A stretch of 64,000 nucleotides of DNA from Botryllus schlosseri (taxonomy: Eukaryota). Under the pieces are notes generated by a model. It saw nothing but the letters and a program-made list of their open reading frames with translations, was not told the DNA's origin and ran no database searches. Location: contig CM119371.1 of the NCBI GenBank assembly GCA_051294905.1, positions 13,580,001 through 13,644,000 on the forward strand, written 5' to 3'. How positions within the stretch are numbered: position 1 is the first letter of the stretch; each line of letters starts with the position of its first letter. Shown in pieces: positions 23,855 through 36,679 of this stretch. Both the position numbers and the translations under genes were made by a program.

Positions 23855-26362
23855 CAGTGGTTCCCAACCTTTTTCGTCTCATGGGCCTCTTGGCCGATAT
23901 TTGAGCTAAAATTCCCCCCCACGAAAAAGTTGCCTGTGACTAAAAAAGGTGCTTTTTAACGCAAAACCATTTGTTGACTGAGCAATTAATGGCGAAACAT
24001 ATTCAGATATGTCTGAACTATATCGAATGCGAATCGCACTACACTTTGGTAAAGTATACAGTCAAATGTGACCTGTTTTTTACTGGTCAGGTAGCCGCTG
24101 AAGAAATATAAATCACCAAGTCGGCTTGCTATGGCCTTCAGTTGAATCGATGAATTTGGTATGTTTTTCAAGTTAGCTCATATGTTCGCTTAAAAAGTTT
24201 AAGAATTTCACCAGCGGCCTTGTGCTGAATTCGGCTCAACTTTTTCCTGCTTAGTAGCAGGGTTGTAATGACTCGAGTCATGACTCGACTTGAGTCAGAC
24301 TCGTGTAACGATTTTCTGATGACTCGACTTGACTCTGGTCATTCTGTCAAAATGCGGAAATGACTTGACTCGACTTGAACTCGAGCCATTGCGCATCACT
24401 CGAACCAAGTCATATGACTCGAGACTCAGACGGCTAAGACCGACATTTCATTATAATTTCGGAAAACAGTAAAGTAACCTCGCTTTTGAGATTGCGTCTA
24501 TTGGTACTGGTACTTTAAAATGCGACCAGAAACTGTTTAAAGTGAGAAAATTTAGTATATTATAAATGCGAACCATTCGATATCATCAAACAGAGTTATA
24601 AAAGTGGGTCTAACAAAACTTTAACTCAGTGGTTCCCAACCGAGAGAATTCCCCCCTTGGGGGGAATTTTGAATTTTTTAGGGGGGAATCTGGCTTTTTA
24701 TCGGAAGATACACTGGGTTCGCAAGTCGTTTACATTTTTATGGTATAGAACTGTTAAGTTGAAATTAGTTCTTCACAACTGTACGTTTCTTTGGCGGATT
24801 TTAAGATAGGTGTATGTTACACCGATACCTGATACACCCCCTGATAAAGTGAGGCTCGCGAGACGATTTCGTCGGGCCCGCGACCACTTCTGGACCAAAT
24901 TGCTACTAAGCAGGGTTCAACCAAGTCACAAAGCTCTGAGTCACAAGTCAACATCACTTTATAGTTGTGACTCATCAAGTCAAGTCGAATCATTTTCAAT
25001 TCACCACCGAGTCCAGTCCGAGTCCAAGTCATCGAGCAGATGATCGAGTCCAAGTCATGGTATTATGAATCTAGTCCGAGTCCACGTCATTGTGTTGACT
25101 GCTCAGTTTTCAGTTAAAGCAGTGGTTCCCAACCTTTTTCGTCTCATGGCCCCCTTGGCCGATATTTGAGCTAAAATTCCCCCCCCCCCCACGAAAAAGT
25201 TGCCAGTGACTAGAAAAGGTGCTTTTTAACGCAAACCATTTGTTGACCGAGCAATTAATGGCGAAACATATTCAGATATGTCTGAACTATATCGAATGCG
25301 AATCGCCCTACACCTTGGTAAAGTATACAGTCAAATGTGACCTGTTTTTTAGTGGTCAGGTAGCCGCTGAAGAAATATAAATCACCAAGTCCGCTTGCTA
25401 TGGCCTTCAGTTGAATCGATGAATTTGGTATGTTTTTCACGTTAGCTCATATGTTGGCTTAAAAAGTTAAAGAATTTCACCAGCGGCCTTGTGCTGAATT
25501 CGGCTTCACTTTTTCCTGCTTAATAGCAGGATTGTAATGACTCGAGTCATGACTCGACTTGAGTCAGACTCGTGTAACGATTTTCTGATGACTCGACTTG
25601 ACTCTGGTCATTTTGTCAAAATGCGGAAATGACTCGACTCGACTTGAACTCGAGCCATTGCGCATGAATCGAGACTCAGTCGGCCAACACCGACATTTCA
25701 TTATAATTTCGGAAAACAGTAAAGTAACCTCCCTTTTGGGATTGTGTCTATTGGTACTGGTACTTCAAAATGCGACCAGAAACTGTTTAAAGTGAGAAAA
25801 TTAGTATATTATAAATGCGAACCATTCGATATCATCAAACAGAGTTATAAAAGTGGGTCTAACAAGACTTTAACTGGAAACTGAGCAGTCAACACAATGA
25901 CGCGGACTCAGACTCTAGTCATAATAGCATGACTTGGACTCGATCATCTGCTCGATGACTTGGACTCGGACTTGACTCGGTGGTGAATTGAAAATGATTC
26001 GACTTGACTTGATGAGTCACAACTATAAAGTGATGTTGACTTGGGACTCAGCGCTTTGTGACTTGGTTAAACCCTGCTTAGTATCAATTTGGTCCAGAGG
26101 TGGTCGCGGGCCCAACGAAATCGTCTCGTGAGCCTCACTTTATCAGGGGGCGTAACAGGTATCGGTGTAACATACACCTATCTTTAAATCCGCCAAAGAA
26201 ACGTACAATTGTGAAGAACTAATTTCAACTTAACAGTTCTATACCATAAAAATGTAAAAACCTTGCGAACCTAGTGTATCTTCCGATAAAAAGCCAGATT
26301 CCCCCCTAAAAAATTCAAAATTCTCCCCAAGGGGGGAATTCACCCCCGGTTGGGAACCACTG
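23855..26362. mobile_element. Rearranged tandem pair of a composite hAT element (A, B-inverted, A, B)
   Basis: cagtggttcccaacc at 23855, 24627 and 25120; ggttgggaaccactg ending 26362. 23855-24626 matches 25120-25875 directly, and 24627-25119 is the reverse complement of 25868-26362. Contains a nested GACTC-array element with TSD cttagtag. Confidence 0.9.
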
Positions 26363-27067
26363 GTCTAGAGCAACATTTAATTTTTTTTTTGCGCTCGTAC
26401 CACTGTGCATTTCCGTCGCAACTTCTGATAAGGGACATTTCATCACTTCACTTCTCACACAAACAAACACAATCTTTGCCTATCAAATGATGCCTTGAAT
26501 TATGCAATTCACGACCGTAAAACGTATTTATTTACACCGGTCGGCCTACCATGCTCGGACTTGCATGTGCACCGAACTTTAAACGTCTTGGTGTGTCATG
26601 TTGCGAAATTTATATCCGACGACGAATGAACCTACGCCAGTAGGTTGCACGGCATATCCCTCACAACGGCTTCAAGTGATTGCAGTAATATACCGTTGTC
26701 TAATAATTGCGAAGACGAATTGACTCATTTCTTAAGTTTGGTTGGTTGAATAAGGGAAAATTGGTGCACCGACTACGAAGTCATTTCGCACCATGACTCA
26801 AGGGCCCATAATAAAGTCCACATTGTCAAGCAATCAGATGACTCGCCCGGTGGTATTTACAAATTCCACTACTTTTATAAACATTCTGGGGTCAGATAAT
26901 AAATTGTCCAGTACAAAACATATGCCTAATTGGTCGGCGGCTCTTTTAAGTGAAGTTCGGTGGACGTCGTATCTGCTGCACTGGATCAAGAAGTGTTCGA
27001 CCGAATATTTTGGAAATTAAATGATGAGTCGAGGAACGGTGCTGTATCGCGTCCAAAGCGCTTAGAC

Positions 27068-28238
27068 CAGAGGTCTCAAACACGCGGCCCGCGGGCCTCA
27101 TGCGGCCCGCCAGAGCATTTTGTGCGGCCCGCGACGACATTTCAGATTTTTATTAATTTGACAATATATAAGTGTCACATATCTTTTCAGGTTGTAAAGT
27201 GAAAATTCCCTCTTAAATTGCTCCGAAAGCTTACATTATTCATCAAACTTCACTTTCACATCAATTGCAAACGCTACCATGCAGTGGAAGATTCACTATT
27301 TCGCCACATTTCCAATTCATGAATTCTTGAGTTTGTGAGTTGGACTTGGACGCGACCTTTCTTAGAATTACTCAGACTCGGGCTAACTCGATGGCAAAAT
27401 GAAAATGACTCGAGTGGACTTGGAGTGACTCAGAATGCCGTGAATTTGTTAGAACCATGGACGCAACAAACTAATCGCGTATCAGGGGAATAGTAATAGA
27501 TCAGAAGGTCGCAGCTTGGTATTTTGCTAGCTAAGCAAGTACTTATGGCAACCATTGGCAATTTGTTGTTACATCTTGGGTCGCTAAACCATGTCATTAA
27601 GGCCACTTAAAGGTGCCGAGTACCGTAGTGGTACGCTCCAACGATGTAATAGCAATGGGCCGTTCGGAGTTCCGACATTTCAATCACTAGGACACATTCA
27701 TTAATATATTTATATTATATTTATATTTTTTTCTGCTCCTATATTTGAAGATATTTGGCCATGAGATTAATAGCCTACTCAGAAGTATACCCGAATCCTG
27801 GATTGGAATTACAATGCTCAACTTAAAAATGTTTTGATATCAGATTAGTCTATATTATTAATCTGTTAAATTCAAAATATTCATAGTAGCTGAAAAATTA
27901 GAACCCGATAGCTTTTATGATCGCATCATACATTTGTCCACACATATGGTGTCTATATCTTATAATTAATGTACATCAAGTAAGCCTACAACAACAATTA
28001 TATTCAAATAGTTATAAATGTGATGATTCTTCTCGTGCCAGGCGTAAATTGATACAGGAGTAAATCACATTTTGACGAAGAGTGTTTACTGTCAGTCTGC
28101 TGGATCGGCTCACTAATAATCGGCTACTAATAAGGCCTACTTGGAAAGACATTAGAATACCCCTATAAATGCTGCGGCCCGCGGCGTCGTCAAAACTGGA
28201 AAACTGGCCCGCGAGCACATTTGAGTTTGAGACCTCTG
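27068..28238. mobile_element. hAT (Charlie/Buster-like) non-autonomous element inserted in the LINE RNase H
   Basis: TIR cagaggtctcaaac / gtttgagacctctg. TSD gcttagac at 27060-27067 and 28239-28246. Removing it restores SDSLSALDAI. Confidence 0.95.
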
Positions 28239-29761
28239 GCTTAGACTATCCGAAAGAATGGCTATACTATTATGACTTGGCGGCTCGCATAATCCGGAGA
28301 CCCATTCCAGAGCTTTGTAGATCGCGAACAACTCTGCTGTAAATATAGATGTTGTTTTGGGCATTCGAAATTTCGAGGAAATGTTCAAAAGATTGACATG
28401 AAAACTACTACCACATCCGCTGTCCATTTTGGAGCCATCAGTATATATTTTTAAATATAAGTCATAGTTGGTTTCTACGTAGTCTTGACACTCACGTCCG
28501 AACGGTGAGTTAGGATGATGATAAGCCAAACTTCGAAGACATGTATCAACTTTTGCCGGTAGGTCAATCCATGGCGGAAGGGAAATTGGTCTGGAAACCG
28601 CAATGTCAAGTCCCCTTATGCTTGATATTTGAGTGTAGGCCTACATATTAAAAGTGGTAAACTTGATCGAATCTGGGAAAATTTCGTGCCAAGAGTTCTC
28701 GCATAGTGGCCGACATGGATGTGCTGGGTGAGATCGGACGTAGCACTTGTATATTAAGCAAGCTCTGCGGTGGCGAATGTGAATCGGTAATTCATTCGTT
28801 GTATGTTGGAGTGTACAAATCGGGGTGCTTTTCATTGCCCCGCAACAAATTCTCAAGGCGGCGTTTTGTATCCACTGGATACGGTTTGAATTGTATTTTT
28901 GGCTAAACATATATGCCTCAAAGCCATACTCGATCACTGACCTTATAAGTACTCTATAAATCGTTAATAAACATTCCTTGGACGCTCCCCAAGTGGTGCC
29001 ACCTAGGAATAGTAGCAAATTCAATCGTGCAACGCATTTCTCTGCAACTACATTGGTGTGCGCTTTATAGGATAATCGTTTATCGAATACGACCCCGAGA
29101 TATTTAAATTCATTACTGATAGGCACGGTTATCCCATCTATCAGTCGGATATCTGGTAATTTACGTTTTTTGGTGAATATGATAGAGGAGCATTTATTTG
29201 CATTTATTCGAAATCCCCATTTTTTACACCAATCTGACAACTTCTCCAATGACGCCTGGAGTGAATTGGCAACGTGTTCGATATTGAGACCAGTCTCCCA
29301 CAAACATATATCATCTGCGAATATATTGATGCTTGATTCAATTTGATCAGGCAGATCGTTCATCATGAGGTTGTACATGACCGGGCTTAAAACGCTGCCC
29401 CGAGGGAGGCCGTTTTCTAGCGGAAATATGTCTGAGTAAGAAGTCCCCAGGCGAACCTGAAATTTTCTATCTGATAAGAACGACCTCAGCCAGTCTAGTA
29501 CGTTTCCTCGCAAACCCTGACAGTGTAGCTTGTGGATTAGTCCATTTATCCATACCATGTCATACGCTTTCTCTAAGTCTATGAACACAGCTATTGCTGA
29601 TCGCTGGTTCCATATGGACTTGAAGACATCGTCATGTAGACTCATGATACAATCTTTTGCTGAACGTCTACTTCGAAACCCGATGAGCGCGGGATGGAGT
29701 ATTTTTTGCTATCGAGCCACCATTTCAATCTGTTATTGATCATTCGTTCGACACTCTTACA

Positions 29762-32000
29762 CAGGGCCGTAACAGCACTTCGCCAGGCCCCCCCAAAACT
29801 TTGGTCTTGGGCCCCCCATATGATGATAAACCGAACGTCTGGGGGGCTTCGCCCCCCAGACCCCCCTCAGGCTGTATCCTCTACGCCGTTAGCCGCTGCT
29901 TATCATCTTACATGGGGCTCCGTTGACTGAGTTCGCTTTTCTCGCCTAAACGCGCGAAGCGCGAAAAAATTCTGTAATTCGTGATTGAATCGGTAAATAT
30001 GATCGGGAATTGCATACGTAGGGGAGATGTGGTACCGATGGATCACTGGGACCGAAAATACTTTGAAAATTCTCTATGATAATTCCATGATTACCTCCGT
30101 GAACTTCTCTACAATTGCATGCTGGCAACATCTTTCCTCACATACAAAAAAATTCGACGTGCGCGAACTATGGGGTCTCTCACAGATGTTTTTGTTTTTG
30201 GGGGTGTAAAGTAAATTTAGATCGACATATAAATTTTTCTTTGCAACCTTCAACACGAACAAACCAGCAATCATTTTTATTGTGAAGTCTAGGGCTTGTA
30301 TCAGGCTATATAATGGCACCTATTATTTTTTTCAGTACTTTCCTTGAGTGGACTTTTTTTCGATTCATGTACAAAATTAGTAGGGTGGGGAGGGGACCGA
30401 TGATACAATAGCCAAATCAAGCAAAATAAACAAGCATACTAATCATGAAACAAATGAAACATGACTACATTCAGAAAATCTTTATGTAATAATTGTATAT
30501 GATGTTTTATCGCTATAACGAGGTCTTTGAAAGTCACACTGTCGATTTTCGGGCAATATGTATGTACCCTCAAATTTATAAGTCCGTGCCTAAATCGAAA
30601 CGTGATTTTATGACAACATTTGAGTCAATATTTACTCTATTATTTGACAGTTGCGACCGAAAATTCTTCTTTGGCTTGCTGTAGCTTAGATTATAATACT
30701 GAGCAAGAAAAGTTGTTACATCTGAGTTTTTTTAGGGTATATGTGTCATAGGTCCCCGGGTCGTGTGCCATTGGACCCACCGGGTGGGGACCGATGACAC
30801 GTTCGAGCAACAAATTTTAAACGTACATAAATATTTTTTGAAAAGACCGATATTCATGTATATGCGCGCGATAGGTAGAGCTTGTATCAAAGTGCTGAGC
30901 CAGCAAAAGATCTGCTGTTTTCGGCTGAACATTTTTGGGCCAGCGATCATTTTCCAATTTTTGATCCATCGGTACCACATCTCCCCTATTGCTATCAATT
31001 TTTACCCTCTCTCTGCTCACCTAATCAGATTTACAGGTAGAGCTGAGTGAGGCGTGTTTGAATAGGTAGGACTAGGACCCCTCAATAATAATTAAACATC
31101 TTCGGGCGTATACCCATTGACAGGAACGAATCAGCACTTCGTCAGGCCCCTAAAAAATCTTGGGTCTTGGGCTCCCATAGGGTGATAAACCGACCCCCAA
31201 TGACGTTCGCTTCACCACGAAATTAGTCGTAGTGTTTAGTGAGCCAGCGCCAAGCGCGAAAATTTTCGATAATTCATGATAAAATCGGTCAATAAGATCG
31301 GGAATTGCATATATATTGCTATCAATTTCTTGTCCTCTCTGTTCACGTAATCAGATTTACCGGCAGAGCTGAGTGAGGTGTCTTGGAAACTGTAGGGCCC
31401 GTTGCTATGACTCCGTAACATAATGTTATTTCGTGACCCCCTGTCTGCTATATCAAAAAATATAGAATCGCCCAAACGTAGGCTACTAAACTAAAAGACA
31501 CACACGATTTCAAATTCGCATTTCTTCACTGGTATATAATTTCCCCTGCGGGATGGTATTTGTCTTGTGAGGTTCACATTGCCAAGACAGGAACATTCGG
31601 CGCCAGTCATTTAGGCAAAGTTTTCGGTCAGCATAAGGGCGGTCCTTTTCGGCCAAGGTTTTCTCACTGCCGATCGTTCTAGCACATTTCTTGGAGTCGC
31701 TTGTTACATGGCCTAAAACTTTACATGTCTTGGTACATCGTGGCGCGATAATGACCAACGCTGATATGCCCATTTCCATAAATCTTGCTTATTTTTTTTT
31801 GGGGGGGGGGCAAGAGTACTCTAAAACCAAGATACGTGGCAACTTGAAATCGCGCGCAGCGCGAAAAATTTTCGAAAAAGTTGCATAAATTTTCAAAAAA
31901 TACTCCATAATTTATGTTAATGCACGAAATAATTTCGGGCCCCCTTCGAGCTCGCCCCCCCCCCAATTGGGGGGTTTGGGGTGCGGCAGTTACGGTGCTG
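29762..32000. mobile_element. hAT-like non-autonomous element inserted in the LINE RT
   Basis: cagggccgtaac / gttacggtgctg termini. TSD ctcttaca at 29754-29761 and 32001-32008. Internal direct duplication (about 29771 vs 31131). Confidence 0.9.
30019..30988. mobile_element. Tc1/mariner(pogo)-like MITE nested in 29762-32000
   Basis: Perfect 27-bp TIR taggggagatgtggtaccgatggatca. The paralogous empty site reads gggaattgcatatatattgctatc (about 31300-31323), consistent with TA insertion. Confidence 0.85.
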
Positions 32001-35000
32001 CTCTTACATAAATTGCTCGTGAGGGAAATGGGCCTGTACGAGGAAACGGATTCTTTCGGTTTACCAGGCTTGGGAATTGGTACAACGATAGCGTGCTTCC
32101 AAGATTGTGAGCATTTGCCGGTTCTCCACGTTTCGTTTATGATGCCGATCAGTACGGATAAGCAATCTTCAGGCAGGTTTGCAAGAATTTGCTGACATAG
32201 CCTACTCTGTCGATACCAGTGGCTGTGCTCTTTCGTGTTTTGAGAACATTCTTCAATTCGACCATTGTGAATTCTGAATTGATATCGACCGGTGACAAGC
32301 TACTTTGCACTGCAGCCGTTGCTTCGTTTTCGCGGAAGGATTTCTCAATCGAGAGGCGTTGGTTTCGAAATCTCGGATCGTAGTTTTCATCGCTGCTAAC
32401 AGAGCGAAATTGATTTGCTAGGGTGTTTGCGATATTTATGTCTCCTGTAAATGTAGCTCCGTTGTGCGACAACACGCTGATATGACTCGGCGAGATAGTG
32501 TAATGGTTATGTTTTCTTAGTCTCCAATATTGTTTTTCTGGCCTCTGCCCCGCGCCTTTTGAATAAGATTATGGCGTCTTCCCGGAATGTGAGCTTCATT
32601 TTTTTGAAGGCAGCTTTCTGCAACCTGATTGCCCGCGAGCAGGCATCGTTCCACCACGGCATCATGGGCTTTTTCCGGGACTTTGTTGTCGGGATACAGA
32701 TTGCGGCTGTGGAGATGAGTATTCTGGTGAAATCTTCCACCGTCAGCGAGTTTTGGGCTGACCCTTCAAGTTCTTGGTTGCACAGAATGGCGAATTTTTG
32801 CCAGTTGGCACGTTTCAGAGCCCTCGATTCAACATGACATTCAGGGGTCCGGTCGGTAGTTGCGTCGATTTCATTAATGATGATATAATGATCGCTGCCC
32901 AGCAGGCTGTCAGTGACCGTAGTAGAAATTCGGTGGGCAATGTCGGGAGTGGCCAGCGTCAGGTCAAGTATGCTATGCCGTTGCGTCGCGTTGAGGGAAA
33001 AGTTCACTCGGGTTGGCACGTCTGTGTTCAGCGCAACCAAATCCAAACGATCCATCGCCACGTTGAGGTGACGACCGTAAGATTTTGTGCGAATGCTCTT
33101 AAACATCGGATGATGAGCGTTGAAATCACCCAGATAAATGCATTTATTACTGTGTTGGGCGAAGATACGGTAGAATAAATCTCGTGACATAGTTCTTACT
33201 GGGGGTACGTAAACGTTGTGTATACGTGTCCCTTCTACCTCTATTGCTAACACTTCAATTGGCGAGAAACCGTGGAGAGGAATTTCAACGAATTTAATCA
33301 TATTGCTGATGAAGAAGCACACACCTCCACCATTAACGTCTCTATCTTTTCTTACGAGGGAGTAGCCATGTATAACAGGCACGTATTTGGACACTAGGTG
33401 AAATTCTTGGATGGCTATAATGTCGGGTTTCACAACCGAGTTTGTCAATAAGTGTTTCAATTCCTGTAGCTTGTGATATATACCACGACAGTTCCATTGA
33501 AAAATGGATAAAGGTGTCATGAAGGCGGCGATTTATTTCCCGGAGAATGTTCGTCGACTATATTGTGAGGCGGAAGAGAATCGTGGTGCGTCGCTTTCGT
33601 AAGATCCAACACGCCATCGGGTTGCGATTGTGTGGTGGGAAACCTAGTCAATTCTGAAGTGGGGAATCCGAAAATCCCTTCTGCTGATTTAGCGACTATT
33701 GCCTCTATGTCGAGTTGTTTACCTTGATTGAAATCAAGTAAAGTATTCTTCATAATATCCGCGATGAATTTGAAGAAGCTAGTTTTTGATATAGTGATCG
33801 TGTCGGATTGTATTGTGGCAACTGGTTCTTGCGAAGCAGGAGCCGGTCGCATGCATGTTGAGAGTGCCGCAGCTGGAAGTATCGTTTGATCCGCATAATG
33901 TGGGAGGTTATTGCTTGGCAATGGAGGAAATTCCTGTGGAGAGTGTATGTTTACTGTGGCCGTTCGCGTCTGTATCATTTTATTCGCCTCCCAATAATTA
34001 ACCTTTTCGTTCGCCATAATGGCATTGGACTTGTACCTCATGTCTGTAGCGTCTGCATCCTGTGTAGCCCGCCGAGTGTGCTTCACCGCAGTTTACGCAG
34101 CGGGGTGCATTCTGACATGCCCAGTACTCATGTCTACCACCACATTTAGTGCATCGTTGTGTACTTCTACAGTGTTTTGCCCGGTGACCGAATCGGCTGC
34201 ATTTGAAACATCTAACTGGAAGTGGCTTATAAATTCTCGTGCGAAATCACAAGAATCCTATCGGAACGACCGTTGGCAGTATTGTCGATGCAAAGCAAAG
34301 TAGAACCGAGTGGCTCGGGTTAAGTCCAGTACTCGAACGATATTTGAAGCGTCTAACAAACGTGATTTGGTGATCCATCAATGATTGCCTAATTTCTTCG
34401 TCTGACAGATCAAGAGGGACATCTGTAATTACACCCCTAGTCTCTTGCTGACGCGTGACAAACAACTCTGCTCGTACTTCTATTGGCGCTTTAGAGTCCC
34501 CTAGATTGTTTCAAGCAAGCAACTTTGCAACCTGACTTTGATTCGCGCATTTGAGACATAAGTCTCCTGAAGGGAGCACTCACACATCTTCATAAGATCC
34601 CTCGAGTGTCGCTCGTAAGTTGCGGTTTATTGTTATAGGGTTATATTGGCGAATTCCCTTGTTAATGCCTTTTATCACTACGGACTGGTTTGGCTGTGGA
34701 CAATAATCTTCTGGCGGTTTATCCTTAGACGAAGGGCCGACTACTTCGCTATCCGCGCTGCGCTTTGTTGACGACGCTCCACCCGACATCGGGCGGATGG
34801 TATTGCTACCCTACTACACTATCGAAGGATGATATCTCTTTGCATACGCTAACTAACAGTCTTTTAAGAAGGCAGACCTTTCGACCTTCCTGTCTGATGA
34901 AGCACACACCTTGCTATCTATCTTGCCTGTACGCGCAAACCCGCGTAGAAGAGCTCCGCTCACGACGGCGGTCAGACATCGAATCATTTCTTAAGTTTGA

Positions 35001-35639
35001 TTTTCATATTATCAGATCTTTTTGGGAAGATGGTGTCTATATTATAATCAAAAAGTTCACTGGCCATAAATTGCAAGTAATGCGAAGAGAATGTGCGAAT
35101 TGAAGAAGTCCGGCCCTTAAAAACTATCCCACATTTTATTTGCTTTCGAATAATTTTGGGTTCTATATAGCCTATAATTCCTCAATGCATCTCGTACCCC
35201 TTGCTTTCGTGCTTTGTACACCACGGAGTCCGCAGACTCAATAGTAATAACTCGTGGTCTAAAGCAGGGGTCCCAAACTCAAATTTGTTCGCGGTTCAAT
35301 TTCCCAGTTATTGCTATCGTCGCGGGCCCCATGATCAATCATAGGGGCATTCAATGTCTTTCCAAATAAGCAAGTAGGCCTTAATTGACGAGCGTAGAAT
35401 GACATTCCACACCCATCGTAAAAGTGTAATTTACTATGCAGCAATTCATGTCTTGAACGAAAAACACTCACATTTGAGGAAAAAATAAATAAAATCGTTT
35501 CTGGACTTGCTTTCGAGGCGCGTCTGTACGCTGTGATGTTGGAATTGCCGCAAATGTAGTGTATTTAAGCCTTGCCGTGATTGTGAATCAAACGTATATT
35601 TTATAATTATAGGAGAGTTTAATGCCCTGACCTTTCTAG

Positions 35640-35972
35640 ATCAAAGATCTTTGGGTACAACTTCCGCCTGGATCTTTGGATTCTGAGTGGCTTCAAACAA
35701 TTCAGCGGATTCGATGGAGTGTGACTCATTGCTACGTCCTGCCTCCTCAGCGCGCTTACGTAATATTTCGCGAAAGGTCACTTAACATTCGCAGATTTTT
35801 TGATCGTGACACTCCATGTTATGTGGATGTGGATGTGAAGAAATGGCTTGAAGCAGCGAAGATGTTGAATGAAGTGGATGTCGTGAAAAAAGTGAAGTTG
35901 TACTCGGATGCTAATATCGCAGTTGGAATTGACGATATTAAATTAATCGTTGAGTCAAGATGCCTTGGAAAG
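35640..35972 (+). CDS. NLR-like/LRR gene exon (phase 0-0)
   Basis: ttctag|ATC...AAG|gtacag, 333 nt open. Encodes IKDLWVQLPPGSLDSEWLQTIQRIRWSVTHCYVLPPQ...VDVKKWLEAAKMLNEVDVVKKVKLYSD...RCLGK. Confidence 0.7.
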
Positions 35973-36039
35973 GTACAGAAAATATTTTTTTCGTCTTATA
36001 ATATGGGTAAATATTAGTAGAATTAATTTGCATGCAGAA

Positions 36040-36600
36040 CAGGGGTTCTCAATCACCAGTCCATGGCAAGTTATAACTCCATGCCAGATGCTTGACACTT
36101 TTCCATTAATTGATAAAACAGCAACTTACAGATTGATTTACAGTTTGGAACGTATTTTCCGCATTGGGTTGTAGTAGAGAGTTCATGTTCTACATTAAGC
36201 GTACGTCACAATGGAGCAAGAATTGTACGAAACGGTTTTGGAAAAGTTACATGTGAAATCTACGGAGAATTGAAAAAACGTCGTTAAATCCCGACAGCGC
36301 AATTAAGAGACACATAGTATATTAGAGGGTGAAGAAAACAGCAAACCCGGATTTCTTCCAAAGGTTGCCGATCAAACACAGTGAAGTTAGTGTTCTTCAG
36401 CAAGAACTAAAATAAAACTACTTGTAAATATCTAATATGAAAAATGCAGCAATAAAGGCAGTTTCCAATATATTACATTATAGCGTACATTTCTCGCACA
36501 TCAGTTTAAGGATAGTTTTTATTTTTGAAGGTTCAGCGGTAAGCAACATTTGTGTTGGAGTTCTGGCAGTCCGCGAGGTCAAAAAGGTTGAGAACCACTG
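36040..36600. mobile_element. hAT-like MITE
   Basis: caggggttctcaa...ggttgagaaccactg termini. TSD is degenerate. Confidence 0.65.
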
Positions 36601-36679
36601 GTATAGAAACGTACCTCATGTATCTGTCACTTTCGCTATCCTTTTCGACCAGGGTGGCGTAATCAAAATCGGTTCAAAC

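Larger units (their letters stand above)
26741..34983 (-). mobile_element. Full-length Nimb/I-group LINE (ORF1 gag-like; ORF2 APE-RT-RNase H-CCHC), disrupted
   Basis: 16-bp TSD tcatttcttaagtttg at 26725-26740 and 34984-34999, and a short (CAAC)n tail. ORF1 has three zinc knuckles (CFKCSRFGHRAKHC, CTKCGGRHEYWAC, CVNCGEAHSAGYTGC; about 34054-34230). ORF2 has APE (QWNCRG, GDFNAH, SDH; 32507..33520), RT (DLEKAYD, FADD; 28641..29645), RNase H (YTDGSK, AELFAI, SDSLS) and a C-terminal EHFLIQCSRY...GRVI* ending about 26836. Confidence 0.95.
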
